Below, one piece after another: positions 51,501 to 64,000 of a stretch of 64,000 nt of DNA (its first letter is position 1; every line of letters starts with the position of its first letter). The notes below the pieces were generated by a model. The model did no database searches. It was not told where the DNA came from and saw only the letters and a list, made by a program, of their open reading frames with translations. Position numbers and translations under genes: made by a program. The stretch lies in the NCBI GenBank assembly GCA_010015585.1, contig ML975157.1. The stretch is one strand, 5' to 3'. This stretch comes from Eremomyces bilateralis CBS 781.70. Taxonomy: Eukaryota.

Positions 51501-51735
51501 GTTTTGCCTTCCGCTTGGTCTTTTCAGCCGCCGTTTCAGTGTCCAAACGCTCCCGCAGGTCTTCATCATAGTATACGGAATTGTCATCGTCGCCGTAACG
51601 AGGACAGAAGAGATGGACGTCTTCGGAGAGGGCGCTTAATTGGCTATAAAGGATAATGCACAATTAGCAGGAGACATCAAGTAAACGACATGCAATCGGA
51701 TACCCATACCTGATACTACTGAGTACTTCCGCCAT
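45551..51735 (-). CDS. SEN1: Sen1/senataxin Upf1-like RNA/DNA helicase
   Basis: SEN1 N-terminal HLFCPR..C..CI..YH; TT..REY; QGPPGTGKT; CAPSNAAVDE; IIDEAAQ; VGDPKQLPPT; QYRMHP; FQGRE; RRMNVGLTRAK. Two 5' introns. Confidence 0.96.
45666..45700 (-). repeat. 12-nt coding tandem repeat (SASG) x3 in the Sen1 C-terminal tail
   Basis: GATCCTGAAGCC repeated on the + strand. Confidence 0.85.
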
Positions 51736-52800
51736 GATCACGACCCTCCCATCAGCCTGGACCCTGTGCAATTGCTCACTGCCGATTCTGTGGGAATCAT
51801 TGACTGAGCATCTTTTCGGAGCGGAGAAGGTTGGATGTTGTTGAGGTGGTAAAACCAGATGGACGTAGGGTGTTCTAGATTTGAGGAGGATTAAAAGTGA
51901 ACCGAAGTTGTTTATATGGTGGAGCGGTGACTGTCGTGACGGTGGATACCAGTGGACTGTGTTGTGACTTTGTCACTGGGGTGTGTTACTGTAGAGTTTG
52001 GTGACGGAGATGGACTACAGATTCATCAGGAGAAGGTCTAGAAAATGGCTGTTCCCTTCATATCCTTGAGTCTTGGAGATCGGTGTAACAGATATAGATA
52101 AGTAACTTCGGCTTGGAGTATAATTATCCAATACCTATTCCGTACTTTCACTCCAGACAGACGCGGGTCTATGCCAGCACGTGCAATGGCTTGGGACGCG
52201 TTCGCCAATCATGTGATTCCAAGGATTGCACTAATGCTGATCTCGCACCGAGCACGTCACAGGTCTTCTACTGTAGTGATTCTAATTTCACTTCACTTCA
52301 TTACCAACGACAATAATAACCTCACAACATCGGAAAGTGTGGGTAGGAAAGATACCAGCATCTAAAGAATGGCCGCCACGATGAGGTTGGAGAGCATGAT
52401 CTGTCCACGCCATGGCCGCTGTCAATTTGGAGGACATCAGAGTTAGTTACTTCTAGTCTGCTCTGATACTCCCTTGTGCCAGTGGCATTCGACTGGCAAG
52501 ACATGCGGACAGACAGTCATCGCTTCTGATATTCTTGCCCTGCAATGATTTGAATGTAGTTTATCTATCTTGAGATCCACGGGAGACATTCCTCTTGACA
52601 GTGGGCGAGCAATGGCTTTCAGAATTGACCAAACAGCATTACATTCAGGGGGATTGGCTGATCTTCCACTCCATTTAGTTGAAAATAGTCTGCGCTGCAC
52701 CAAGTTCGAATCCTCCTGCATTTCTCGTGGAAATTGTTGCTATTTCCATGTGGTTTGCGTATCCCGTAGTCGAATATCGCGTTCAGAGTCCCAATGAATC

Positions 52801-53646
52801 TCAAATTTGATACTCAGGGATTGGCAGGGGCATGCATCGGAGGACTATCAAGACCGCAACGAGGAGCACTCCAACACACGCGCCTGCTGCGAAGCCGCCG
52901 AATATTCCGTCCAAATCGTGTTTTTGGCCCCTCGCCGCAGGCCCGTGAGCATCCGGAGTTTCCCAACTGGAAGCTGCGCTAGGTTCCATTAACCGATGAG
53001 ATGGTCCAAGTCTACTCTGAATACTTGGTAGCTCCGTGTCGAGGTTTGATTCCGGGGCAGCCTCTGCAGCTGGTGTACTCTGGTCTCCAGCCGGAATCGT
53101 TGTCACAGGTATAGGATTGATGATAGGCAGTGCAAAGGTATTCGACGGCGTACGCTGCTGCGGCTGCCTCGGATTCCGGAGCCTTCGAACCCGGCGCAAA
53201 CATCCGTCCAACGAATTAAGCAGCACATCCTCCGGCCCACCCACAAACGCCCCGTTACCGTCCGCGAGCATCGGACTCTCCTTGATCATCGCCGCCATCT
53301 CCATCTTCGCTTCGAGTACCCGCCGTTCGAGATCCTCATAAAGCTGCTTGTCTCCCGAAGTAGGCAAAGATGAGACACCTTGGGAGGAGCGACGAAAAGG
53401 TCTTTGGCATCGCACGCATGCGCATCGGTTGAGAGGGGTCGAGGGAGGTGGTCCATCGGTCTGCGCTTGGGCTGCCAACATCGATACTCGACTTGCGGCA
53501 AGCGGAACGGAAGTCACGGATATTTCTTCAGGTGGACTTTGGGATGCTGGCGTAGATGTAAGGCGACGCTGAGCGCGACGAACGATGAAGGCCCCAATGT
53601 TTGCCCGGGTGGCCGAGGGAACGGCTTTGCGTTTAATGGCCGTCAT
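52801..53646 (-). CDS. Hypothetical protein, possibly tail-anchored
   Basis: 281-codon ORF; CxCxxC; coiled-coil-like LERRVLEAKMEM; C-terminal hydrophobic GIFGGFAAGACVGVLLVAVLIVL. Confidence 0.55.
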   Translation of the reverse strand: MTAIKRKAVPSATRANIGAFIVRRAQRRLTSTPASQSPPEEISVTSVPLAASRVSMLAAQAQTDGPPPSTPLNRCACVRCQRPFRRSSQGVSSLPTSGDKQLYEDLERRVLEAKMEMAAMIKESPMLADGNGAFVGGPEDVLLNSLDGCLRRVRRLRNPRQPQQRTPSNTFALPIINPIPVTTIPAGDQSTPAAEAAPESNLDTELPSIQSRLGPSHRLMEPSAASSWETPDAHGPAARGQKHDLDGIFGGFAAGACVGVLLVAVLIVLRCMPLPIPEYQI

Positions 53647-54016
53647 TCTCGGGTCGAGGGTTAACTGGTACTGAACGATGGAATACTAATAGTTAACGCA
53701 AGAAAAAGGTGTGTGATGGAAAAGTGAACATAATGATGTCCAGGGTTCCATGATGATTCAGTCTTCCACACACGCGATCAAACATGAAGACTTTCCGACA
53801 ACAGTGGGCGATTGAATCAGTGCCAGGTTGTTCCTTCCCTCAACCAATCGAGGGAGCGTTGTCGTGCGCATAAGCGGCAGTGAAGAGTCAGTCTAATAAT
53901 GTCATCAATGTCTCTAGTAGAATATTTCACTCAAATAACGTAGTTTTATTTAGTCCGGCCCATATAAACCGATCCGGAGAGTACTATATATTAGCAGGTT
54001 TGGTATCAAATCACAT

Positions 54017-55763
54017 CTAGCGCTCCACCTCGACAGGTACGTGACGACCACTTCCAACGATGCTGCCTTGCCTAACCACCACGTCTACGTCTTCGTGCCT
54101 CTTCTCCTGTCCTCGATAGCTTGTCCTCCCACGCGCAAACCAATCCACAGCAATGATGATGATAATGACAGCGTACACAGCCGTGACGTAGTTCATGTTC
54201 CCAGCCTCCACGGGCATGGAATAAGGGAAGCTATACATCACAATGGTGAAGAGCGTCCAGGAAAGCAGAACGCAGTTCGCAGCGAGACCAACCGGACCGA
54301 ACCAGAAGGGTCCATGTTTGATGTTATTGCGGCCCTTGATGAGGAGGCAGATGATGGGGATCGCGTAGGAAACGTAAAGCAGCACGATGCAAGCCGTGAC
54401 CATGCTAAAGGAGCACAGGTTAGCAGCAATCCTTGGATCATAATGGGAACCATGACTTACGAGTTGAAGGCGGTATATGATCCCAGGTAGAGCAATCCGA
54501 CGAGGCCGGAAATGAAGCAGCTCACTGTATGCGCCATCCATGGCACATCGAGCGTCGGGTGAACCTTCGACAGCCACTGGTGACCCGGGAGACCGCGATC
54601 CCGGGCGAAGGACCAGCACAACCGAGACTGCCAGGTGTGGGACGCGATCTGGCACCCGAACCCAGTCGCGAGGATCAAGGACTCAAGCACAATGGCTCCC
54701 GTCTTGGATCCAAGCGCCCGGTAGTACAGTTCGAGGATTGGAACGAGGGTGTCTGTGTCGACCATGTTTTCGAACGGGCCCACGATGCTAAAGAACATCG
54801 AGATGCAGTAGCAAAAGGAGGTGGTGAAGCCAATGGCCACGGTGCCCAGGATTGCGATCGGGATATACTTCTCCGGCTGTGGAACTTCCTCAGCCATATG
54901 AGTGGCGGAATCCAGACACGCGAACGCCCAGTTCGTGTTCACGAGGCCGACGATGAATGCCATACCATTCTGGCTCCAGCCGGTGTTATTGATGAAGGTA
55001 GCGAAGACGAACTTGGCCTCCTGGTGAGTTGGCGCCTTGGAAGGGACAGTGATGAGAATCACCAGGAAGGAAGTCAAGGACGTGTACAGGGTCACCTGGA
55101 CGATGTACGGCAAGGCTTTTCCGAAGCAATTGAAGAGGTAGCAGAAGAAGTTCACGACCTGATACGCGACGAACACATGCCACGGAAGGATCACGCTGCG
55201 AATAGGTTAGCGGTCAAATTTCAGCCCAGGGATTTATACGAGATTCCTTACAAGTCAGGATGGGCCAGCTGCCAACAACCGCAAAGGGCGCTCCCAAGCC
55301 CGGCCGCCACGCTCGCGGAGGTGAAGATCGAGCCCGTCCAGGCGAACCAGCCGGTAAGGTAGGACGCGAAGTTCGCGTACTTCTTCGGCGCCAGCTCACT
55401 CGCCCAGAAATACTGGCCGCCGGCGTTCGGCATCGCGCTTGCCAGCTCCGACAGGGAGATGGCGACGCAGCTGGAGACCAGCCCGATGATCATGATGCCG
55501 TAGATGATGAGCAGCGGTCCGCCGGAGTTGATTCCGGTCACCATGGCTGCAGAGATACCGAACCAGGAGTTGGTGAGGGAGAAGCCGACGCCGAGGACGG
55601 ACCAGACGGAGAAATTGCGCTTCATGTCTTGGGTGTAGCCCATCGCCGCCAGCTTCATGGCATCCTCGTCGACGAACCCGGTATCATAGTTCGAGGGATT
55701 CTCCGGATTCTCCGGGGAGGTGGCGACGCCGGTGGCCTCGATGGTCTTTTCTTTCGTCTCCAT
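54017..55763 (-). CDS. HNM1: APC-superfamily choline/ethanolamine-type permease (Hnm1-like)
   Basis: GVGFSLTNSWFG, SELASAMPNAGGQYFW, DSATHMAEE, SRLCWSFARD.GLP, LGSYTAFNS, NMNY. Introns 55251-55196 and 54460-54405. Confidence 0.88.
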
Positions 55764-58330
55764 TGCGAACGGTGTTGGCGTTCTACGCCAATGGATTGAT
55801 TCCGGACAGTATGCGGTTCTGGGCTCGAATGTCGTCTCGAATATCGTCTAATGTATGAGGTAGGACCGCAGAGATATATCCAAAGAGGGTGTAGAATAGA
55901 GATATCCCACTATATCATATCTCAGAAGTGTGAGATGTTTTCGATGATAAGATCAACTGCGCATGGTGCCTTGAGTAGTACCAGTGCGTAGGGTGCTGGG
56001 CGGCGAATGCTACTGGTAGCAGAGGTTATCGATATGGTTTGCTACTGGAAAGCGCGCGGTCCACAAGCGCTAAAGACGCAACAATATCAGTCTACAACAG
56101 TAGATAAGAGGTCGTTCACGGTCAGAGAGGGACAGAGGGTGAATGGCAGGTTGTCGATCACAGCAGGATTGTCGAGGCGAGCTGTGGGACGTAAGGTATA
56201 TACTCCCAGCTGCAAAATATTCAAGGGACCGCAAAATATACTGGTTCCTGTCATGTCAAAAGTCTCAAAGTCTGAACGCATCAACCCACCCTACCCAGTA
56301 ATTCTCTTAATACTATAGTAGTTCCCAGTTCCGCCACGGGCTCGGGAGCGCGGTAGCTTAGGCTGAATCGGGCGTGGCGTGGTGGTAGTTTGATCATTTG
56401 TTGGTGCGATATGAGTTGGAGGTTCGCAACTTGCTAGACATACAAGACGACGACGGAGCAAAAAACCGCATTTTGCGTCTGATCAACCTCCGATCCAAGC
56501 CTTTTTTGACGTAATTACTAGGTTCTCGACTAGGAAGTTACTCCACGTCGTTGGAAGCGGGAGCCAGCCACAAATCCCACCACCAGTCCGAGATAGGTTC
56601 ATGCAGGTGCTAGGGAGGGGGCGGATGGCTGGCCTAGTGGCCAATTGAAAAGGCAGGCCCTCGCCGAAAGCAACAGAGGACAGGGGAACTGATTGAAGGA
56701 TTCCGAAACATTCTGCAATCGATTGACGTAGGGGAATGATATGTAACTACGGAATACCTATCGTCAACTGATCTATCCGACCATCCCCACCACCTGGTGA
56801 CCTGAGACTTTCGAATGCATGTCGTCCAGGATAAGGGGAGTTGGACTTACGCGATTAGCAAGATGTAACTATCGTACATGAGTTCCGACGAATGGACAAA
56901 AGGTTGAATATTGAAGCTACCCAAGAAAGGAGGGTCGTCTGATCTCTGCGTGTAAAATGCTGTCCGGTTCGAATCGCATGCCCAATTGCACATACATTCG
57001 AATTCCCACCCCTTCTTGTCCTTGCAGCATCCACACCCGAATATCCTGTAATACTTATGGACGGTTGAGCCCAAATCGGCCACTCCGACTCCAGTGACGG
57101 CGGTCACGGCGCTACAACTGCGAGGGATTATCTTAGCTGGATAGCTTCTTGTGATTCCCTGCTTCGAGATGGCTCGATTCTGGAGTCTGGCCTCCCGAAT
57201 CCTAACGAAGCTCTCGCTTCCCCTCCTTACCCTTAGAAGCAGCATACATATCAATATTGCTCCAACACGGCAATTCCGCCTAATGAATCCAGACTTCCCG
57301 ATTTCTCGATGATGATATCATGAGGATCATAGTTCCACCGTTGAAAAAACGCCGAACAACGGGCACGAAGAGGGGCGGGCTAGGGAAGTGGGTTGGCGTC
57401 AGAGATTTTAATTTCTAAATTTTATCTGATGCCTGTCGCGTCAGTCAAAGTCCAAAGTCCAAACGATCGCTCGATGCCCGTCAAACCGTCAACCGCCGTC
57501 AACGCGCCAATGCGGAACTGCCAATTATCATTGACCAAGCCCTATGGCTGTTGTGGGCCCGTAGTTCAACCCATCTCGATTCTCAGATTTCGTCGATTGG
57601 TCGGACGGCGCAAAGTCGCTCGCTGCTGTAGAGTCATCGGGAATTCGGGATACATGTAACTACAAGCTCTGTGAGCATGGGGTGCGAGTCAACGGCCGAG
57701 TACTGTTTATATAGGTACCTTGACATTAATCGGTTAAGTAAATGCCAATAAGTACTGTGAGGGTACTCAGCAGGGTCATCCTACCTCGATTCAGTCACAG
57801 TTCGCGAAAGATGTGCAACTCAGAAGTACATCCAGGATTTATACGTCATCGGTAGATCAGAGTGTATCGCATGCCTCAGAGACCAAAGCCGATGCCGACA
57901 TGCATTCCTTCGCCTTGATCGATCTTCAACTTAATTTCGCCATCGATACTTGTTGGGACAGTTCGACGGCACGGTTTTTATTCCCATCGTGAACAATCGG
58001 GAGGCTCCAAGCGCAGCCAGTCCACAATCCGTCCAACCATCGGGGTCCAAACGGGCCATGTCTCACGAACCCGACTAGGGGTGTTCCCGATACGATATCG
58101 TCACGATCTTGCCATATCGGTTATCGTATCGGTGAGGAAGAATCCCGCCGATTTATATCGGCCAATCGTATCCGCAGAGACACGGCGAATGCGAATAAAT
58201 ATCGGCAAGATCGTCGCCGATACGATTATCGTCTCCGATATTGGCGCTAAATCATGAGTTCGTCCTAATTTGGTATTCTCTCCTGTATATCTTCTCGCAG
58301 CGACGGTAATAATGTCTATTACGCGCAATA

Positions 58331-59300
58331 NNNNNNNNNNNNNNNNNNNNNNNNNNNNNNNNNNNNNNNNNNNNNNNNNNNNNNNNNNNNNNNNNNNNNN
58401 NNNNNNNNNNNNNNNNNNNNNNNNNNNNNNNNNNNNNNNNNNNNNNNNNNNNNNNNNNNNNNNNNNNNNNNNNNNNNNNNNNNNNNNNNNNNNNNNNNNN
58501 NNNNNNNNNNNNNNNNNNNNNNNNNNNNNNNNNNNNNNNNNNNNNNNNNNNNNNNNNNNNNNNNNNNNNNNNNNNNNNNNNNNNNNNNNNNNNNNNNNNN
58601 NNNNNNNNNNNNNNNNNNNNNNNNNNNNNNNNNNNNNNNNNNNNNNNNNNNNNNNNNNNNNNNNNNNNNNNNNNNNNNNNNNNNNNNNNNNNNNNNNNNN
58701 NNNNNNNNNNNNNNNNNNNNNNNNNNNNNNNNNNNNNNNNNNNNNNNNNNNNNNNNNNNNNNNNNNNNNNNNNNNNNNNNNNNNNNNNNNNNNNNNNNNN
58801 NNNNNNNNNNNNNNNNNNNNNNNNNNNNNNNNNNNNNNNNNNNNNNNNNNNNNNNNNNNNNNNNNNNNNNNNNNNNNNNNNNNNNNNNNNNNNNNNNNNN
58901 NNNNNNNNNNNNNNNNNNNNNNNNNNNNNNNNNNNNNNNNNNNNNNNNNNNNNNNNNNNNNNNNNNNNNNNNNNNNNNNNNNNNNNNNNNNNNNNNNNNN
59001 NNNNNNNNNNNNNNNNNNNNNNNNNNNNNNNNNNNNNNNNNNNNNNNNNNNNNNNNNNNNNNNNNNNNNNNNNNNNNNNNNNNNNNNNNNNNNNNNNNNN
59101 NNNNNNNNNNNNNNNNNNNNNNNNNNNNNNNNNNNNNNNNNNNNNNNNNNNNNNNNNNNNNNNNNNNNNNNNNNNNNNNNNNNNNNNNNNNNNNNNNNNN
59201 NNNNNNNNNNNNNNNNNNNNNNNNNNNNNNNNNNNNNNNNNNNNNNNNNNNNNNNNNNNNNNNNNNNNNNNNNNNNNNNNNNNNNNNNNNNNNNNNNNNN
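58331..59300. other. Assembly gap (970 N) inside the hAT element
   Basis: Run of N. Confidence 1.
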
Positions 59301-60533
59301 AATGCCCGTAACAATGAAGTTATGGCCTCAGAATTGTTCCATACCTTGAACGAAAAATGTGGCGCAGAGACGCTCCCAAACGGGCTTCTATTCCGCGGAG
59401 TGGACAGCTACATCCGCTGCCTGGCCCATATTTTGAACTTAATCGTTCAAGATATCCTTCGCGCCTTGAAATCAGGAAGCGTGGAAGAGGCATACACCAT
59501 CTGTGATAGCTTATACGCTGGGGGATCTATATCGAGTCAGACAGCATTGTCTAAGCTCCGCATTCTCGCTCTCTGGATTGACCGGAGCCCACAGAGACGG
59601 CAGAAATGGAAAGAAGTCTGTCAATTCATGAATCTCTCGGAAAAATTCATTGAATATGATGTAGAGACTCGTTGGAACTCTACCTATCGAATGTTAGATG
59701 ACGGGTTAAAAGCAAAGGCTCAGATCAATCGATACCTAGCCCTACAGACGGAGATACCTTCCTTTACCACCGAGGAATGGCAGCACCTGTCTCAGATTCA
59801 TCAAGTACTGAGCAAGTTCAACGAGCTCACCCTGTTCGTATCAGAGCGAAAGCCACAGATCAGCCTTACCGTCCCACTCTATTATGAGCTACATGATTTA
59901 CTCAATGAGGGGTCTGAAGCTCAGGGAGTCTTTTCGGGATTAGATCGTGATATTGCCCAAGCAATCAAGGAAGGAATGAAGAAATACGAGAAATACTACA
60001 CCTTTATGGATGAATCAGATACCTACTACACTGCTCTGATTCTAGATCCTCGGGTGAAAGGAGACCTAATCCTCAATGAATTAGAGGATAAAGAGGCTGG
60101 GAATCTAATATTAAGAGCTGTCCGTAACAGTCTTCATCAGAAATATCCACTTCGGAACCGCGAATCGCCTAGAACGGTATTACAGCAGTCGGCATCGGAA
60201 ATCAAGACGGTAGAATCCCGAATGCTCCAACGGCTACAGCCTCAAGCGGTGCCCCTTCTGTCCGATATTGATCGGTACTTTGACAGTCCTCGAGTTAGCA
60301 ATATTGATACTACAGATCCGAATTGGCTTTGTAACTGGTGGCGAGTACACAAGGATGAACTGCCTCAAATGGCAGCAGCAGCAAGAGAGTATCTACCAAT
60401 TCCATCGTCAGAGATGTCAGTGGAACGATTATTCAATGCGGCAAGAGATATATTAGGTATCCGGAGATATTCGATGAAGGGTGAAACAATGCGGATGTTG
60501 ATGTTGATAAATGATCCCTATGCAAAGCCCTAG
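59301..60533 (+). CDS. hAT transposase, C-terminal part (N-terminus lies in the gap)
   Basis: RCLAHILNL (CxxH), DVETRWNSTY, ALILDPR, dimerization domain WWR..LPQMA..AR.YL.IPSSE.SVERLF; no stops. Confidence 0.93.
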   Translation, partial: NARNNEVMASELFHTLNEKCGAETLPNGLLFRGVDSYIRCLAHILNLIVQDILRALKSGSVEEAYTICDSLYAGGSISSQTALSKLRILALWIDRSPQRRQKWKEVCQFMNLSEKFIEYDVETRWNSTYRMLDDGLKAKAQINRYLALQTEIPSFTTEEWQHLSQIHQVLSKFNELTLFVSERKPQISLTVPLYYELHDLLNEGSEAQGVFSGLDRDIAQAIKEGMKKYEKYYTFMDESDTYYTALILDPRVKGDLILNELEDKEAGNLILRAVRNSLHQKYPLRNRESPRTVLQQSASEIKTVESRMLQRLQPQAVPLLSDIDRYFDSPRVSNIDTTDPNWLCNWWRVHKDELPQMAAAAREYLPIPSSEMSVERLFNAARDILGIRRYSMKGETMRMLMLINDPYAKP

Positions 60534-62252
60534 AATTCCAGCAGCCAAGTTATCCAAAAATCTTTATAGAAATCAGATTGAAGCTAGTCCTAATGAAGTA
60601 GTTTACCGATTCACCGATTTCGCCGATATTGACAAAATTTAACGGATAAAATATCGGTAGAATAGAAAGCTGCCGATATGAATCGGCGAATCGTATCCGC
60701 AAACCTGAAAGGTTGACGATATCGTATCCGTGCCGATATCGTATCCGCAAAATCGGGAAATCCGCCAATCGGGAACAGCCCTAAACCCGACCAAAAGATC
60801 TGTCCGCTCTTATCCCAAGCGTCATGATATCGCATCAATGGTTCCCTCCCCTTTGTTACCCCATCCTCAGCGACAAGCTCGCAGATCGAAGCCTATATTG
60901 CAGGGTTATCGCGCTGGATCAAGCGCGAGACTCCGGGACGCCTCCCCTCCGTATCTGCACGGGAACGCCCAGATCTCGTGTGCGACCCACGGTGCGGGTA
61001 GCCGGGTGGTTGGCGTGCCACGACATAAGGCATGGCTTTCTTTCGAGAAAGTTCGCGGGTTCGGCGGATGGGATGGCTGGGATGGGGTGTTTGGAGAGCG
61101 GTTCGACCAATCGTAGAGGTAAGTGTGGGATTCGGATGGAGGTCGTGGTTCGCATTTCAATGTTATTTGAGGGGTCTGGAGAGTATATATTCTCGTCGTC
61201 ATCCGTGAGGTTCAAGTATCAAACGACTTTCTGGTCAGCGGACGACGGAATTGGACTTCTTTGATATACCGTTGTTTGCCGTCTCACTCATATTGGGAGT
61301 CTACTATAACGTGGAAATTAGTATGTCAGCGCATGAGAGGAGCACTTCTAGCTTTTTGCAAGTTTCGCTCAGTCCAGCACTATTACTCTAACCGGGCCAT
61401 AATGACCTGGCATTAGCTGTGACAGGATCAACTTGGAATCTCCTTGACATATGTTGTCTAGCCGAACGCTCAAGCAGAAGTAACCCATGATCTGATACTC
61501 ATTTTTGGAAACGAGGGCCAGCGTAACCACGCTTGACGTTGCCGAGACACGCCTCTCGCGATGGCGATGGAAAGATTGAAACAAGACCATGAAATTACGG
61601 CCCACCCGAATGCATTAACCCTGGAAGGCCGCGAGCTACGGGAACGATCTGTCTATCACGAATATATACCTAATACAGTGATGTCGAAAGCATCCATCCC
61701 ATTAACCCTCCGTACAATCAGATCCATTCCGAACTTCGTTCACTCGCTCCAATTGATGTTCCTCATAGCATGACTACGTTGCCTTGTCGTGATAGCAGAG
61801 CTCGGGCAACGATCCAGCTAAAGTGAGTGACGAAAACGGAGGCAGAGATTGGCATGGAGTCGAACCGCCTCGAACTTTGAGCCGACGAATCGCATTATGA
61901 ACCATGAGAAGCTCCCTCACCCCATCCGCAAACGCAAGGCAATAAATGAGAAGGGAAGAGACAGACCGGATGAAGGATTTGGAGGATGCGAATGATTTCA
62001 AGCACATAACGCCTGACCCACGACCGAAAGTAGCCATACCGTCCGAACCAAGCCCTTCGTGCAGCAGCTGTGTTGGACATGACATCTGAAATCTATTTTG
62101 ACTCGAATATCGCTGACGATCCTTTTTCGGGTAGGGAAGGTCGAAGGCAGATGGCGAGTCACCGTTGCGCCAACCGATCCCATATTATATCATCATACGG
62201 ACTGAGAATGTTATGCCACGCCAGGGGATCATCTCTACAGACAGGTTCCCGT

Positions 62253-63100
62253 CTATTGGTGTTGAGGGTGGGTTGGCATCCGATTCTGAGGTAGCCCTGC
62301 GTATGAGCCGCCGGCCTGCTGTTGTTGCTGCAAGTATGTCTGATACTGGAGCGCTTGTTCTGGTGTCAGGCCATATGGGGTCGGTGGCATACCACCGCCG
62401 GGGGGCATCCCGCCTCGAGCTTGCGGGTGGGTTTCCTCGGGAGACTCGACCGGCGGTTCGCCGTTGATGTCGTTATCGTTGGCACTGGTGGGCTCGGGCG
62501 CGTTGAGGCAAGCCTGATCCGATGGTCAGTTACAGGGAACCCAAAGACATCGAGCGGACGCAAGGGAACATACCTGAATGAGGTTCTTGCCTTCGGGCTT
62601 GGTGACGAGAGGTTGAAGCTTGGGAGTCGTGAACGTGTAGACTAGACCGGTCTCGGAGACGACGAGCAGTAGCACCTGCGTTCCGGTAAGGACGGACAAT
62701 TCGTACGCCTAGCGGAGTAATGGTTAGCATGTACATTTGAAAGCCGACGACGAAGACGTGGAAGACACGCGCCGACGCGGTGTTACTCGACGGGGTTCCA
62801 AGCGACGTTGCGCGACGGGCAACCGATGCAGGTCCGTACCTTCTTCATGATGCCAGCCTTTCGCTTGGAAAAGGTGATGTGCCTTCGCGACTTGTCCTGG
62901 ATGAACTTAATTTCAATTTTGCGTCGCTCACGGCCCGGCTTGTCATCATCATCGTCATCGTCGTCCACGTTGCTGGGTCGCGGTCGCTTGGTGCCGCGAT
63001 TTGCATCGGCTCCCAATGCACCATTGCCATTGCCGACACCAGTGTCATCGACAGCCGACTCAGAAAGCTTCTGGTCGTGATCGGTGATTTCGGTTGCCAT
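62253..63100 (-). CDS. MCM1: SRF-type MADS-box transcription factor Mcm1
   Basis: ERRKIEIKFIQDKSRRHITFSKRKAGIMKK|AYELSVLTGTQVLLLVVSETGLVYTFTT..EGKNLIQ|ACLNAP. Introns 62839-62709 and 62573-62514. Confidence 0.97.
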
Positions 63101-64000
63101 TTTGGGAGATGAGTGGGCGGTTGCTCTGCAAAATGGATGCTTTAGGAACTGTGTTTTGTCTTAACTCTTTGCGGTCGAGTGTGGCCCTATGTGGGGATTA
63201 CCTGTTTGGAGAGGAGGGTAACCGAAGAGAGGAAAGGCGGTCGGGGGCAGTTTGGGGGGGTACGGGCAGTGGATGCGGCCGACCGAGGGAGAGGGCTGAG
63301 AAAATGGGCTGGCGTCCGTCAAGTCGGAAGCGAATGAAAAAGCTGCGAGCGTAAGAACCGAGCAAATCAGAGATCAGAAACACGCTGTGCAGCAGTGCAG
63401 GTAGGTGTGCCAGCTCCTAGAGAAGAGTCGGATAAGGATGCGAGCTGGATGAATCGGGGCAAGTGACAAAGAGGAATGAGGAGATGTTTTGGGGCTGGCC
63501 TGGTGAAGGAAGACAGGCGATAAGGCACACGCCGAGAGCTTGAGCAGTGAGAGTGAGTAGTGAGCAGTGAGAGCCCTGAGACACGGGGACGGGGAAAACC
63601 ACATGCACCAGTCCACGGTCCATCCACCACAGCAGATGAGGAGACTAGACTTCAGTGCTGATGCATCAGAAAGATGAAACCGATGGATGGATCCGATGAG
63701 TGGCGGGCACCAAGACTGTTGTGGCACGCAAGGGATGCAGATGGGCGGGGTGATGAGCCAAAGATTCTGGTTCTTTGCATGGAATAACAATTGCACACCC
63801 CTTGCCGATCATACCGATCATACATGATGTGTGTTTCTGGTGCAATTGTCTCCAATAGCCAAAAGGCGCATGCGTGGAGGTGAAGCCTGAAGGGGTAAAG
63901 AAGAGGTCTAGTCTTGGTGGGTGATGACGGGACAGTCAAGCTCCATTAGAGTAGATGGATATGAGTGATAGGAAATCCGGAATAATATGAGGCACGTACC

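Larger units (their letters stand above)
58076..60783 (+). mobile_element. hAT DNA transposon with both ends present
   Basis: 16-bp TIRs TAGGGGTGTTCCCGAT / ATCGGGAACAGCCCTA (15/16 match); perfect 8-bp TSD AACCCGAC at 58068-58075 and 60784-60791; subterminal CCGAT/GTATC repeats. Confidence 0.95.

Noticed and set aside
54529..55799. Long + strand ORFs over the permease (similar ones overlie FRE, SNU66 and SEN1)
   Set aside because: Antisense shadows caused by GC-rich codon usage.
58270..59349. Long X-containing ORFs
   Set aside because: Artefacts of the N gap.

Overview
Filamentous ascomycete (Pezizomycotina) nuclear DNA with short spliceosomal introns. Two blocks of conserved housekeeping genes flank a ~17 kb accessory island. 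Left block (1-15.3 kb): CLC chloride channel (5' part), SNU66/SART1, TRM732/THADA, CDC42, an orphan gene, TIM23 and DHFR. Island (15.5-32.5 kb): a Ser/Thr-rich single-pass membrane protein, a GPI19/PIG-P pseudogene, a secreted alpha/beta hydrolase with Gly-rich repeats, pogo and Mutator relics, an AhpD/CMD-like protein ending in a PTS1, an intronless bacterial-type M19 dipeptidase pseudogene and a flavin monooxygenase. Right block (33-64 kb): SFC1, twinfilin, EGD1, a metalloreductase, a CTR transporter, a BIM1/X325-like protein, SEN1, an orphan gene, an HNM1-like permease, an hAT transposon with TIRs and a perfect 8-bp TSD that spans a 970-N gap, and MCM1. Highlights: (1) a contiguous three-gene copper-uptake module (FRE + CTR + GPI-anchored His-brace BIM1/X325 protein) with GCTCA Mac1-type cores; (2) an apparent 1-nucleotide exon in EGD1; (3) a probably horizontally acquired dipeptidase broken by what looks like a TA-duplication transposon footprint. 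Family assignments are from motifs I recognise, not database searches; intron coordinates are read by eye.
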